From: an uncultured bacterium
Lineage (GTDB): Bacteria; Poribacteria; WGA-4E; GCA-2687025
Assembly (NCBI GenBank): GCA_964473525.1
Contig: CAYYPK010000033.1
Span: 1 to 53,769, forward strand
Length of the DNA stretch: 53,769 bases
Direction: 5' to 3'
A program made the translations under genes and the position numbers. Below are positions 20,122 to 29,604 of the stretch, piece by piece. The notes beneath the pieces were generated by a model. The model was given only the letters and a program-made list of their open reading frames with translations, searched no databases and had not been told where the DNA came from. Every line of letters begins with the position of its first letter. Within the stretch, counting starts at the first letter, position 1.

Positions 20122-21948
20122 ATGCACAAGCCCACCGGCCGCCGCCCATCCGCATGGTCGCGGTGGCTGAGCCAATACGACCTGACGTGGCGCACGACGC
20201 TGATCCTGGCGGCGATCGTCGCCTTCTTCGGCGTCTTCCTGGTTTACCCGATCGGGTACGTGCTCCGCGAGGCGTTCTTCCTCGGCGGCGACTTCAGCAT
20301 CGGCTTCTTCCGGCTCGACGAGCAGGAGCTGCTGGAGATCTGGAACAGCACGCTCCTGGCGGTCATCACCACCGCCACGACGACGCTCGTAAGCCTCCCC
20401 CTCGCCTACGTTCTCATTCGCTACTCGTTCCCGGGCAAGTCCCTCATGCAGGGCTTCGTGCTTGTGCCCATGATCATGCCGCCCTTCGTTGGCGCGGTGG
20501 GTATCAAGCAGCTGTTCTCGCAGTTCGGCGCGGTGAACATGCTCGCCATGAAGCTCGGGATCATGGACTGGGACACTGTCATCGACTGGTTCGGCGGCAG
20601 CGAGCTACGCAAGCTCGGCGGCGTTGTCTTCCTTGGGACGCTGCATCTCTACCCGATCATGTACCTGAACGTCGCGGCGGCGCTGGCTAACGTGGACCCG
20701 ACGCTCGAAGACGCCGCGCGGAACATGGGCGCTGGACGTTGGCGGCTGTTCCGCACGATCTCGCTCCCCTTGATGATGCCCGGCTACTTCGCGGGCGCGA
20801 TCATCGTGTTCATCTGGGCGTTCACGGACCTCGGCACGCCGCTGATGTTCGAGTTCCGCGACGTCGTCGCCGTGCGGATCTTTGAGTCCAGCCGCGAACT
20901 GGCGACATCGCAGAGCGCGTACGCGCTGGTCGTCATCGTCATCGTGCTGACAGCGGGGTTCTTCTATCTTGCCAAGCGCATCTCCGGCTCCCGCAGGCAC
21001 GAGATGATGGCGCGTGGACATACGGGATCGCTGGAGGTGCCGGCGCGCGGCCGTCAGCTGGCGCTGGTGTACGGGACGGTGCTGTCCATCACGTTCCTCG
21101 CCATCCTGCCGCACATCAGTGTGATACTGACGTCGTTCTCAGAGGCGGGCACCTGGTCTGGGGCGCTCTACGAGGAGGTCGAGTGGAAGGGGAGCATTCT
21201 CCCCCGGGAATTCACGGGTGAGCACTTCGGGCACGTCTTCGTGACGCGCAGCGGCGAGCAGTCGTTCACGTCCGAGGGCGCGCAGAGCATCAAGAACAGT
21301 CTCAAGTACTCGTGCGCCAGCACGTTCATCGACCTCATCTTGGGCGTGACGCTCGCGTGGATGCTCACGCGGCGGCGGATCCCGTGGAAGAACCTGCTCG
21401 ATGCCACGGCGATGATGCCCCTCGCGCTGCCTGGCGTGGTCATGGCGTTCGGGTACGTTGGCAGCTTTGGCGTTGGCCCGTTCGAGGAGGGAAGGCTGTT
21501 CGGCTTCCTGAATCCACGCGTCAACCCCATGTGGCTGCTCATCATTGCGTACTCCGTGCGCCGACTCCCGTACATGATGAGGTCGGCGTACGCCGGGTTC
21601 GAACAGACGAGCGTGACGTTGGAGGAGGCGTCGCACAACCTCGGCGCGAGTCCGAGTCGGACACTCATCAAGATCACGCTCCCGCTGGTAACTGCGAACC
21701 TCATCGCGGGCGCGATACTCGCGTTCTCGTTCGCCATGCTGGAGGTGTCCGACAGCCTCATCCTTGCGGGCCTGCGCTCCGGGTATGACCCCATCACCAA
21801 GGTCATCTACGAGTTCTCGACGCGGCTGGGTGACGGGCAGTACGTAGCCAGCGCCATGGGCGTGCTCGCCATGATCCTGCTAACGTGCAGCCTGCTTGTC
21901 GCCGCGAAGGTGCTTGGGCGACGCATGGGCGATCTGTTCCGGGCCTGA
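20122..21948 (+). CDS. ABC transporter permease with two fused transmembrane domains (FbpB-like)
   Basis: 608 aa and 12 predicted TM segments, with two EAA-like loops (NVDPTLEDAARNMGAGRWRLF; TLEEASHNLGASPSRTLIKITLP). Confidence 0.85.
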   Translation: MHKPTGRRPSAWSRWLSQYDLTWRTTLILAAIVAFFGVFLVYPIGYVLREAFFLGGDFSIGFFRLDEQELLEIWNSTLLAVITTATTTLVSLPLAYVLIRYSFPGKSLMQGFVLVPMIMPPFVGAVGIKQLFSQFGAVNMLAMKLGIMDWDTVIDWFGGSELRKLGGVVFLGTLHLYPIMYLNVAAALANVDPTLEDAARNMGAGRWRLFRTISLPLMMPGYFAGAIIVFIWAFTDLGTPLMFEFRDVVAVRIFESSRELATSQSAYALVVIVIVLTAGFFYLAKRISGSRRHEMMARGHTGSLEVPARGRQLALVYGTVLSITFLAILPHISVILTSFSEAGTWSGALYEEVEWKGSILPREFTGEHFGHVFVTRSGEQSFTSEGAQSIKNSLKYSCASTFIDLILGVTLAWMLTRRRIPWKNLLDATAMMPLALPGVVMAFGYVGSFGVGPFEEGRLFGFLNPRVNPMWLLIIAYSVRRLPYMMRSAYAGFEQTSVTLEEASHNLGASPSRTLIKITLPLVTANLIAGAILAFSFAMLEVSDSLILAGLRSGYDPITKVIYEFSTRLGDGQYVASAMGVLAMILLTCSLLVAAKVLGRRMGDLFRA

Positions 21949-21964
21949 CGCGCGACCACCAGTT

Positions 21965-21985
21965 CCTTCCCCTCGCAGGGGAAGG
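21965..21985 (+). terminator. Perfect 9-bp GC-rich hairpin (CCUUCCCCU-CGC-AGGGGAAGG) after the ABC permease gene
   Basis: Seen directly in the sequence. Followed by UUAGG rather than a full U-tract, which is common in high-GC genomes. Confidence 0.45.
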
Positions 21986-22047
21986 TTAGGATGGGGTCGG
22001 GAACACGCCACTATCCTGCGCGGCGGACCCAGACAAGGAGAAGTGCA

Positions 22048-23061
22048 TTGCAGCCAGCCGACACCCGGCCTCTCGTAGCGAAGACTCGCGGCGATGTTGT
22101 CGAGATGATCCACCGCGGCACGTACGTCGTCGTCGACACGGAAGGCGATGTGGTGCACGCGTGTGGCAACCCGGATATGCCGTCCTACCTCCGGTCCTCC
22201 GCGAAGCCGTTCCAGCTGACGCCGACGATAGAGCGAGGCGCGCACACGGCGTACGGGCTGACGCAGCGCGAGCTGTCGGTGATTTCAGCGTCGCACAGCG
22301 GTGAGCCCGTGCACCTCGACACAGTGCGGTCAGTGCTGCGCAAGGGGGGCGTGCCAGAGACAGCGCTGAAGTGCGGCCCGCACCTGCCCGGAGATGAGGC
22401 CTCCGCGCGCGTCCTCATCAGGCGGCGCATGGTCGCGCAGACGATCCACTCGAACTGCTCCGGGAAGCACAGCGGCATGCTCATCGGCGCCAAGGTCGCC
22501 GGCGAACCGCTGGACACCTACCTCGAGTACGACCACCCGCTGCAGCAGCGGATCCTCGCCACGGTGTCCGAGCTATCCGACACGCCAGCGTCGGACATCG
22601 CAGTTAGCCGTGACGGCTGCGGCGCCCCTATCTTCGCCATCCCGGTGAAGCGCATCGCGCTGCTGTTTGCACGGCTTGGCCGTCCCGACGGGTTGGGGGA
22701 GAACCGCGCGACGGCCCTCAGCACGATACGAGACGCGATCATGGCGGCTCCGTATTTGATGTCCGGCAAAGGCCGCATTGAGGTGGCGCTCATGGAGGGC
22801 GCCCCAGGTAAGGTCGTCCTGAAGTCCGGCGCGCTGGGTGTCTTCGGATTGGGTCTGCCTGAGTTAGGCCTCGGCATCGGCCTCAAGATTGAGGACGGCG
22901 ACGGCGTCACCCGCAACGCGGCGGTGATCCAGTCCCTCCGCAGCGTGGCGGAGGACCATCTGGGCGCTGACTTCCTGGACGGGCTGTGGGAACGCTTCTG
23001 TCCGCGCGTCCACAACCTGCGCGACGAGCTCGTCGGCGAGACGCTATGGATCGGCGACTAG
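22048..23061 (+). CDS. Asparaginase II family protein (PF06089-like)
   Basis: TTG start with AAGGAG 7 nt upstream; the alternative ATG at 21991 is also possible. Motifs ASHSGEP and NCSGKHSGML are typical of the L-asparaginase II family. Confidence 0.7.
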   Translation: MQPADTRPLVAKTRGDVVEMIHRGTYVVVDTEGDVVHACGNPDMPSYLRSSAKPFQLTPTIERGAHTAYGLTQRELSVISASHSGEPVHLDTVRSVLRKGGVPETALKCGPHLPGDEASARVLIRRRMVAQTIHSNCSGKHSGMLIGAKVAGEPLDTYLEYDHPLQQRILATVSELSDTPASDIAVSRDGCGAPIFAIPVKRIALLFARLGRPDGLGENRATALSTIRDAIMAAPYLMSGKGRIEVALMEGAPGKVVLKSGALGVFGLGLPELGLGIGLKIEDGDGVTRNAAVIQSLRSVAEDHLGADFLDGLWERFCPRVHNLRDELVGETLWIGD

Positions 23062-23083
23062 CGCGCGGCCTACCGCGACTCGC

Positions 23084-24811
23084 CTACAGCACGGCAATGC
23101 TCTGCTCGAAACGGAAGCCGTAGCGTGTCACGGTCGTGGCGCCGTCGTCAGCAGTGGCGCCGTCGAGTAGCAGCCGCAGCACGGTGGCGTCCTCGAGCGG
23201 CGAGCCAGCCGCGAGCCGGCCGTCGGCGGCCGTGACGTCGCGCCGCGCGTCCTCCCAGGCGGTCAGCTCCGCCGATGTCCACCACTCCATCCCTCTGTCC
23301 CGCGCGTAATTCGCCAGGTCGTGGAACGAGTCAGCGACCCCCTCCTTGGCTATGTGCGCGGGGTGGTAGAGGAAGTGCGCGACGCCGTACCGCTGTCGCG
23401 CGGCGTCCGTCAGCACCTGCGCAAACGCCGCCGGCGCCGTGATGACGAGATCCTGCGTCATCAGGGGCAGGCAGTACGCGTCGATGAAGCGCGGCGTCGA
23501 CCCGTGCGTGTCGAGGGGCTTCCAGAGGTGGCACGAGCCGAACGGGAAGCCGATCGTGCCTGTCTTGCTCGGCCCCTTCGATTGGTCCACGCGTATGCCT
23601 TCGTCGACGCACCAGTCGAAGAACTCGAGACGGCCCTCCCACCTCGTGTAGTGGTTCTTGTTGCTGATGATCTCGTCGCGCCCCGTCATGTCTCGCAGCC
23701 AGGCGGCCTGCGCCGAGAAGTTCTCCTTCCCCCATGCGCGCACGCCGCGACCCTCGAGGGCGTCGTAGTGCAGGGCGACCTCGGAGCCATCGTCACGGAC
23801 GCGCCGGTAGAAGGCTGGGGCATAACCGCCCGGGTAGAGCATGCACCACGTCGTGCGCACGTCCGCGTCGAGGCAAACCTGATGGAGCTTGTCCGCGACG
23901 ACCGGATCGTTCCCATCGGAGTCGTGCGATATGTGCCCGACGGCGGGCAGACCGCGCGGCCAGTACCAGAGCATCGTCAGTGGCACGCGCGACAACGACG
24001 CCAGGTTCAGGACCGAGCCCAGCAGCAACTCCCGCAGGCTGTCTGCGACCGGATCGCGGAAGATCGGGAATGAGTGCAGCGCGTCAGGAGGCCCTACGTC
24101 CGCTGGCGCCGACGCGCCGCCGCCCCACGAGCCCGGGAACAGCCCACGCGGTACGCGCGCGTCCTGCCGGTCTCGCTCCCAGTCGAGGACGAGACCGTCT
24201 TCGGCCTTGAGGATGCCGTCGTCGAGCGGCGCGGTGCCGTCCGGGGCGGGCGCGCCGTCTTCGCGCACGGGGTCTGCCTGCTGGATGTGCGCGACCGCCG
24301 AGACGATGTCCGGGCCGATGAGCCCGGCGTGACCGCCCACGTGTCTGCTCCACGTGACTGCCGATCTGCCGTGGAGCGTGGCGATCTCGTCGGCGCTGCG
24401 CGCCGCCACCGTGATTCCTCCGTAGACATGCAGTGGGCCAGACGCGGTCGCCATCGCGGGGTGCGACGACACCGTCGGCTCGATCCATCCAGGCCCGCAG
24501 TCATGCGGGGACATGACGCCCAGGAGGTCTTCCAGTCCACCTGTGGTCCCAACGCAGAGGACGGCTTCGCCTCTCGCCACGTGTCGAGCGACGGCGTCTC
24601 GCCACGCGGTCGACAGCGTGCCGCCGCAGACAAGCACGATGGGCAGGAGGGCGGATGGCGGGCCAGCGCCGTCAGCGACGACGTGGAAGATGCCCGCGTG
24701 CGTGAGGATCTCCTCGATGTACCGCGCCGTCGGTGGGCTGCCAGCTCCGTACAGAACAGACACGTGCGGCGGCCCGGAAGCAACCTCGGGCTGTGGAGCG
24801 GCGTCATTCAT
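23084..24811 (-). CDS. Two-domain protein: N-terminal class-I glutamine-amidotransferase-like/ThuA-like domain plus C-terminal putative polysaccharide-deacetylase (NodB-like) domain
   Basis: Internal ATG (MNDAAPQ...) overlaps the upstream stop by 8 nt (ATGAATGA). HISHDSDGND...LHYD...FLYHPAHI resemble divergent CE4 motifs. The first 87 codons of the supplied ORF are out-of-frame overlap and are discounted. Confidence 0.45.
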   Translation of the reverse strand: MNDAAPQPEVASGPPHVSVLYGAGSPPTARYIEEILTHAGIFHVVADGAGPPSALLPIVLVCGGTLSTAWRDAVARHVARGEAVLCVGTTGGLEDLLGVMSPHDCGPGWIEPTVSSHPAMATASGPLHVYGGITVAARSADEIATLHGRSAVTWSRHVGGHAGLIGPDIVSAVAHIQQADPVREDGAPAPDGTAPLDDGILKAEDGLVLDWERDRQDARVPRGLFPGSWGGGASAPADVGPPDALHSFPIFRDPVADSLRELLLGSVLNLASLSRVPLTMLWYWPRGLPAVGHISHDSDGNDPVVADKLHQVCLDADVRTTWCMLYPGGYAPAFYRRVRDDGSEVALHYDALEGRGVRAWGKENFSAQAAWLRDMTGRDEIISNKNHYTRWEGRLEFFDWCVDEGIRVDQSKGPSKTGTIGFPFGSCHLWKPLDTHGSTPRFIDAYCLPLMTQDLVITAPAAFAQVLTDAARQRYGVAHFLYHPAHIAKEGVADSFHDLANYARDRGMEWWTSAELTAWEDARRDVTAADGRLAAGSPLEDATVLRLLLDGATADDGATTVTRYGFRFEQSIAVL

Positions 24812-26201
24812 CGGTGAGCGCCTCCTGGGCGTGCAACATGGTGGGGATGTCCGTCGGCAGCTCGCCCCGCTTGCGGAACATCGCGAGGCACACGTCCCAT
24901 ACGGCGGGGTCGTACGCCGTGAGCTCGGCCCACCGGCGCAGCGTGAAGTACGTGTCGCCTTCGTCCGTGTCGACCCGGTCGCCGACGTTGGGGGCGGTCG
25001 TTGAGCCGTTCCACATGACGTCCAGCAGCGTGCGGGCCACGCGCATCGCGTCCTCGGCGTCGAAGACGACACCCCGATGGGCGCCCTCGACCACGAAACC
25101 CACGTTGATGGCGGCGTGGCTGGAGTCCTCAGGCCCGCTCGAGCCGCCTTCCCAGTCCCAGTAGTTCCACTCGTATGCGTCGCCCACCCGGCGTAGGTTC
25201 GCCTGGAAGTTGGTCGCCATCCGTTCCGCCCGGCCGCGCAGCCCGAGCGACGGCAGGTACTTATGCAGCGCCATGTACGCCTGCGCGTGCATCGCGTATT
25301 GGTTGTGGGGCAGGACGCGCCCGGGAGTGCGTTCCGCGGGCGAGTCGGTGGCGGCGTACGCGCCTCGGCCGGGCGCCGTGTCGACCCAGCAGACGTCCCA
25401 CTTCGGGACGAAGTTGTCCTCGATGAGCGACAGGTATCGCTCGGCGGCGGCGCGCGTCTCGGCGTCGTCGCCCTCCATGGCCACCTCGATGAACAGGGCC
25501 AGCGGGTACAGCAGCATACCCTCGTGGATGAGGTACTCCAGCGGCGCGACGGCTGTCGTCTCGACGGCGTACACGTCGCCCGCGGCGGGGCGCCGCGTTG
25601 TCGTGATCTTCACCCCCGGCACGCCGGGAACGGCGTCGCCGTCCAATGTGTGGTTCGCCCGTTCGCCCGTCGCGACGTTCTCGACGGTGTACGCGCCATC
25701 TCCCGCGAAGTCCAGCCGGTACGCGGCGCCGGTGACTTCGTGGGCCGCCGCGATGTCCGCGATCCGCGTCTGCACGTCCAGGTCGCCGCCGTGAGGCTCA
25801 GTTAGCCGGGCGTGGGCGACTGAGTACCTATCGGTCTGCCACCCGGCGTAACCGTCGCGGTCGTGATCAGACATACACGCGAAGACAGCTTCGGCGTGCT
25901 CGCGCACCTTGGCGAGCCACGCGCGGTCGCCCGTGACGCGCCACAGATACATGTAGTCGGCCAAGACGTAGCTTTCACCCCAGCCCAACTGAGCGGCGTC
26001 GGCGCTGTCGGAATAGCCCTTGCCGTCGTTCCTCTCGGCGTCGAAGACGCGGTACCGCTCGACGTACTCGTCCACGGGCAATCGGTCGGGCGACGTTGCG
26101 TGGGATGCGCTGATGGACACGGCGATGAGCGTTCCTATCGTTAGCCGGCGCCACGCGCGCCGACGACCAGGCTGGCGGCCAGCGACACGGTCACTCTCCA
26201 T
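24804..26201 (-). CDS. Exported hypothetical protein, possibly an (alpha/alpha)-toroid polysaccharide-lyase-like enzyme
   Basis: Start MESDRV... followed by a TM/signal segment LTIGTLIAVSISASHA. NQYAMHAQAYMALHKY is reminiscent of the N-H-Y catalytic cluster of PL5/PL17 lyases. The call is weak. Overlaps the upstream stop by 11 nt. Confidence 0.4.
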   Translation of the reverse strand: MESDRVAGRQPGRRRAWRRLTIGTLIAVSISASHATSPDRLPVDEYVERYRVFDAERNDGKGYSDSADAAQLGWGESYVLADYMYLWRVTGDRAWLAKVREHAEAVFACMSDHDRDGYAGWQTDRYSVAHARLTEPHGGDLDVQTRIADIAAAHEVTGAAYRLDFAGDGAYTVENVATGERANHTLDGDAVPGVPGVKITTTRRPAAGDVYAVETTAVAPLEYLIHEGMLLYPLALFIEVAMEGDDAETRAAAERYLSLIEDNFVPKWDVCWVDTAPGRGAYAATDSPAERTPGRVLPHNQYAMHAQAYMALHKYLPSLGLRGRAERMATNFQANLRRVGDAYEWNYWDWEGGSSGPEDSSHAAINVGFVVEGAHRGVVFDAEDAMRVARTLLDVMWNGSTTAPNVGDRVDTDEGDTYFTLRRWAELTAYDPAVWDVCLAMFRKRGELPTDIPTMLHAQEALTDE

Positions 26202-28833
26202 CGTCTGTCTCGGCGAACGACTCTCCCGCGGGGATGTCCAGGCGACGGGCGCCGGCCCGGAGGTACTCCCCGTGCCAGGCGGCGGCGTGCTCGACGGAGC
26301 CGTCGGACGCGTAACGCACGAATCCCAGACGCGCCGCCATCTCAATGTCCACTTCGGGAACCGTCGCCGCGACGGGCTCGGCGTTGCCGTCCCACGCCCG
26401 AGCGTCCGCGTCGAGGGCCACTACGACGTCGCGACGGCCGTCGTCGAGCGTGACCTCCAGGGCAACGTCGGCGCTCGCCGGGGCGGCTCCGTTGCGAGGC
26501 GCGATGGTCAGCCGGCGCGCGGCCACGACCCGCGGCGTGTCTATGTACGGCTCGAGGACGCCGACGAACGCGCTGCTAAGGTCGGCGCCCCCGCGTCGCA
26601 CGAGCAGACGTGGTACCCACACCTCGTCGACGCCCCAATTCGACCCACTGAGCGCCACCCAGCCCTCGGCCGTGAGAGCCTCGGCGTCCTCCGTCAGACC
26701 CGTGTACCTCAGGCAGGGAGCGGCATCGCCGGCCAGCAGCTCGTACCGGTCCTCAACTTGGAACGTGGCGCGCCACGCGTCGGCTGGGTCGCGGTCGACC
26801 CGATACTCCCGCATCTGCCACGTCGCGTCCATGTCTTCGGCTGGGCCTAGGTCCAGGCCGCTCGTCGTCACCTCCGCGAAGTGACTGTTGAGGGCGTACA
26901 GGTGCTCCGATCCGCCGGCTACGCGGAAGATGTCCACGACGTAGGAGGACGAGTCGTCCACGTCAACCAGCAGCGCCGTGCGGTCGTACCGCGTGCCGTT
27001 GACGAGCTCGGGACAGGCCGCGCGCAGTCCGCGCACGACCCGACCCTCGGCCCAGAGGAGCGTGGTGCCTGAGGCCGGCTTCTGGTTCTCCCCGTCGACG
27101 ACTACGGTGTTGTGCGCCGCCGTGGCCTTGTACCAGTTGGCGCGCTCGGAGTACCAACCGCCGTACTGCACGGGCGGATACCCTAGCTCCGGTAGCAGGT
27201 CCAGACCGTGCGCGAAGAGGCCGAGGTTCATTCCGTCCGCGTGGCCGTGTCTGCCGCCGGCTTGATAGTGCATCCACAGCGCGCGACGCTGCGTACCCCT
27301 ACCCGACCGGACGATGCCTAGGCCCCACTCCTCCTTGTTGACGCTGCCTGGTGGGGTCGCGCGTGCCGCGGCCTCCGTGACGCCAGCGCGCATGCCCGCG
27401 AGATCCGGCACGAACCAGTCGTCCGGGATGGCCGCCGCGTCTCCTCCCGCCCCATCCAGCATTGCGCGGGCGAACATCGCATCTCCGGTGATGCCGTGCA
27501 GGCGCCAGAACAGGGTGTACGCCGAGGGTGTCAGGCCTGGCTGTGAGGGGAAGGACGCTCCGGCGTACCTGCCGTAGGGCCGGGCGAAGCCGCCGCAGTC
27601 GCCGACCATCGGGTAGTAGGCGTCGAGGCACCGCGTGTCGTAGTGGAACCGGTACATGTCGTGCAGCCGCGGATGGCGCGCGACCAGCTCGTCGAGGTAC
27701 GTGTCCTCGAGCATGGACACAAGCGACAGGATGTCGGCGACGCCCGTCGGCCCGATGACGGAGTAGCCGCTCAGTCCCTTTTCGCCCGTGACCCCATCCA
27801 CCGCGGTCGCGTCGGCAATGAGGTCGTCGAGCATCTCCGTCACTCGGTGGCGCGATTCCGGCCACCTCAGCGTGGCTTCGGCGGCGATCTGCGTCATCTC
27901 TTCGCGCGGGTAGTTCGTCTGTAGCTTCTTGTGGTCGCCCAGTGAATCCCCGACGATGCGCGTCTCGATGTTCGCCTGGATGTCGGCGAGGCCCGCCTTG
28001 CCCCGTGGCACGTCGATGCTGGAGGCCTTCGCCGCAAGGAACGTCACTGCGTCGGAGTCGGGGGCCAACCCCTCGTAGATTCGGTCGTAGCCCAGGATGA
28101 GCTGGCGGGTCTCCTCGCAGGCGTCGTGCCACACGGACACGTACCCTCGGTGCCCCGCCGTCTCGTACACCAGGCCCTGTGACGCGTAGTCGTAGTCGGG
28201 GTAGATGTCGGCGACGCGGTCAAGGACCACGAGCGCCCGGTTGGCGTACGCCGGATCCTGAGTGACTACGTACGCGCGGGACAGCGCCTCGACGCCCGCG
28301 ACAACGAGTTGCTTCCAGTGTCCGTAGATGAGGTAAGCGCCGATGAAGCGCCACGTCTTGTCGCCGTCGCGGTAGCCCTCGCCGTCGTCCACGCCGAAAC
28401 CCCGGAGCGAGTCGTCGGGCTCTGGATGCTCGACGTTGTAGAGTGTCGCCCTGTCTGCGAGCGATGCGTCGAAGATGCCCGCCCCGTCCAGGCCTGACTC
28501 GTAGTAGCTCGCGAAGTCGTTCTTTGGGAACGTCTCGTCGCACCTCGGGCAGGCGAGAGACCACGGGCGATTCACGGCGTCTATCCGCCAGTCATACATA
28601 GTGACGGACTGCTCGCACGCCGGGCAGTGGCCGTCCGACCACACCATCCACGACCGCGTCATCGTCGGCCCCACGACCATGTCCCACAGCTCGTCGTACG
28701 TGCGGGCCATCCACGGCTCGGCGGCTGCTACGAAACCATCGGCCGCTGCGGCGAGCGTAGGCGACGCGTCGGTAGCGGCGCGCATCCTGTCCAGCGTCGA
28801 GGTCGGATAGAACGCGCTACGTGTCTTCGCCAT
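26191..28833 (-). CDS. Heparinase II/III-like family protein (alpha-toroid plus beta-sandwich), cytoplasmic, with an N-terminal CxxC...CxxC zinc-ribbon-like segment
   Basis: C-terminal HGHADGMNLGLFAHG...LLPELGYPP...WYKATAAHNTVVVDG matches the Hepar_II_III pattern. No signal peptide. The sequence includes GHCPACEQ...CPRCDETF. Confidence 0.6.
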   Translation of the reverse strand: MAKTRSAFYPTSTLDRMRAATDASPTLAAAADGFVAAAEPWMARTYDELWDMVVGPTMTRSWMVWSDGHCPACEQSVTMYDWRIDAVNRPWSLACPRCDETFPKNDFASYYESGLDGAGIFDASLADRATLYNVEHPEPDDSLRGFGVDDGEGYRDGDKTWRFIGAYLIYGHWKQLVVAGVEALSRAYVVTQDPAYANRALVVLDRVADIYPDYDYASQGLVYETAGHRGYVSVWHDACEETRQLILGYDRIYEGLAPDSDAVTFLAAKASSIDVPRGKAGLADIQANIETRIVGDSLGDHKKLQTNYPREEMTQIAAEATLRWPESRHRVTEMLDDLIADATAVDGVTGEKGLSGYSVIGPTGVADILSLVSMLEDTYLDELVARHPRLHDMYRFHYDTRCLDAYYPMVGDCGGFARPYGRYAGASFPSQPGLTPSAYTLFWRLHGITGDAMFARAMLDGAGGDAAAIPDDWFVPDLAGMRAGVTEAAARATPPGSVNKEEWGLGIVRSGRGTQRRALWMHYQAGGRHGHADGMNLGLFAHGLDLLPELGYPPVQYGGWYSERANWYKATAAHNTVVVDGENQKPASGTTLLWAEGRVVRGLRAACPELVNGTRYDRTALLVDVDDSSSYVVDIFRVAGGSEHLYALNSHFAEVTTSGLDLGPAEDMDATWQMREYRVDRDPADAWRATFQVEDRYELLAGDAAPCLRYTGLTEDAEALTAEGWVALSGSNWGVDEVWVPRLLVRRGGADLSSAFVGVLEPYIDTPRVVAARRLTIAPRNGAAPASADVALEVTLDDGRRDVVVALDADARAWDGNAEPVAATVPEVDIEMAARLGFVRYASDGSVEHAAAWHGEYLRAGARRLDIPAGESFAETDDGE

Positions 28834-28847
28834 GGTTCATCTCCGAG

Positions 28848-29585
28848 TCAGCCGAGGGCCTGGTCGACGGCGAGGGTCAGGTATTCCTCGATCCGGCGCA
28901 ACGCCCACTCTCCCAGCGCGACCGACGCCGTCTCCCGCACCCGCTGGCCTCGGTAGTGTCCCGGTTCGCCTGTCGCGCGGTCGGCGACGGCCGCGAGTCG
29001 CGCGCCGCCCCCTCGGAGCGCCATGAAGATGCTCGTCTCCCACTTGCCGCCGTGGTCGCCCCCGCCGCCGCACGCGAGTGGCTCCCAGAACGGGATCACC
29101 GTGACGCTGGGGGTCGAGCATTCGGCGGCGATGGTGGCGACGGCGTCGGTCTGCACCGTCGGGTAGTGGCCCGTGTAGGCGACGACGGCGCGGCAACCGA
29201 GGTTGGCGAGTCCATCGACCGTCTGGCGCAAGTGGCGCCGGAAGACGTCCACAGTGAACAGCATGTCGCCAGCGTCGGCAGCCCCCGCGCGCCAAGAGCT
29301 TTCGTGGCCTGGCGCGGGGTCACCGTGTACGCCCGACAGGTGCGACGGCGGCAGCACGACACCTCGGAGCGTCTCCGACAGTCTCAAGCAGACGCCGTGC
29401 GCCTTGAGACCGTCCAGGCCCCACGGGAGGTGCTCGCCGTGCTCTTCGAGGATGCCGAGAGGAACCCAGGCGAGCGGACGGTCGGCGATGAGACGGGGCA
29501 GCTCGTCGCCGTAGAGCCACTCGTACCGCCGCTCGATGCGTCGTGAGGGGCGGCGTTGCTGCTGCTCCATCGGTGACGACCCCAT
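28848..29585 (-). CDS. Creatininase-family amidohydrolase
   Basis: LPLGILEEHGEHLPWGLD, an H..D..E metal-binding pattern, and GHYPTVQ resemble creatinine amidohydrolase/MftE-like proteins. Confidence 0.75.
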   Translation of the reverse strand: MGSSPMEQQQRRPSRRIERRYEWLYGDELPRLIADRPLAWVPLGILEEHGEHLPWGLDGLKAHGVCLRLSETLRGVVLPPSHLSGVHGDPAPGHESSWRAGAADAGDMLFTVDVFRRHLRQTVDGLANLGCRAVVAYTGHYPTVQTDAVATIAAECSTPSVTVIPFWEPLACGGGGDHGGKWETSIFMALRGGGARLAAVADRATGEPGHYRGQRVRETASVALGEWALRRIEEYLTLAVDQALG

Positions 29586-29604
29586 GGCGCGCGTCGAGGT
29601 GGAC

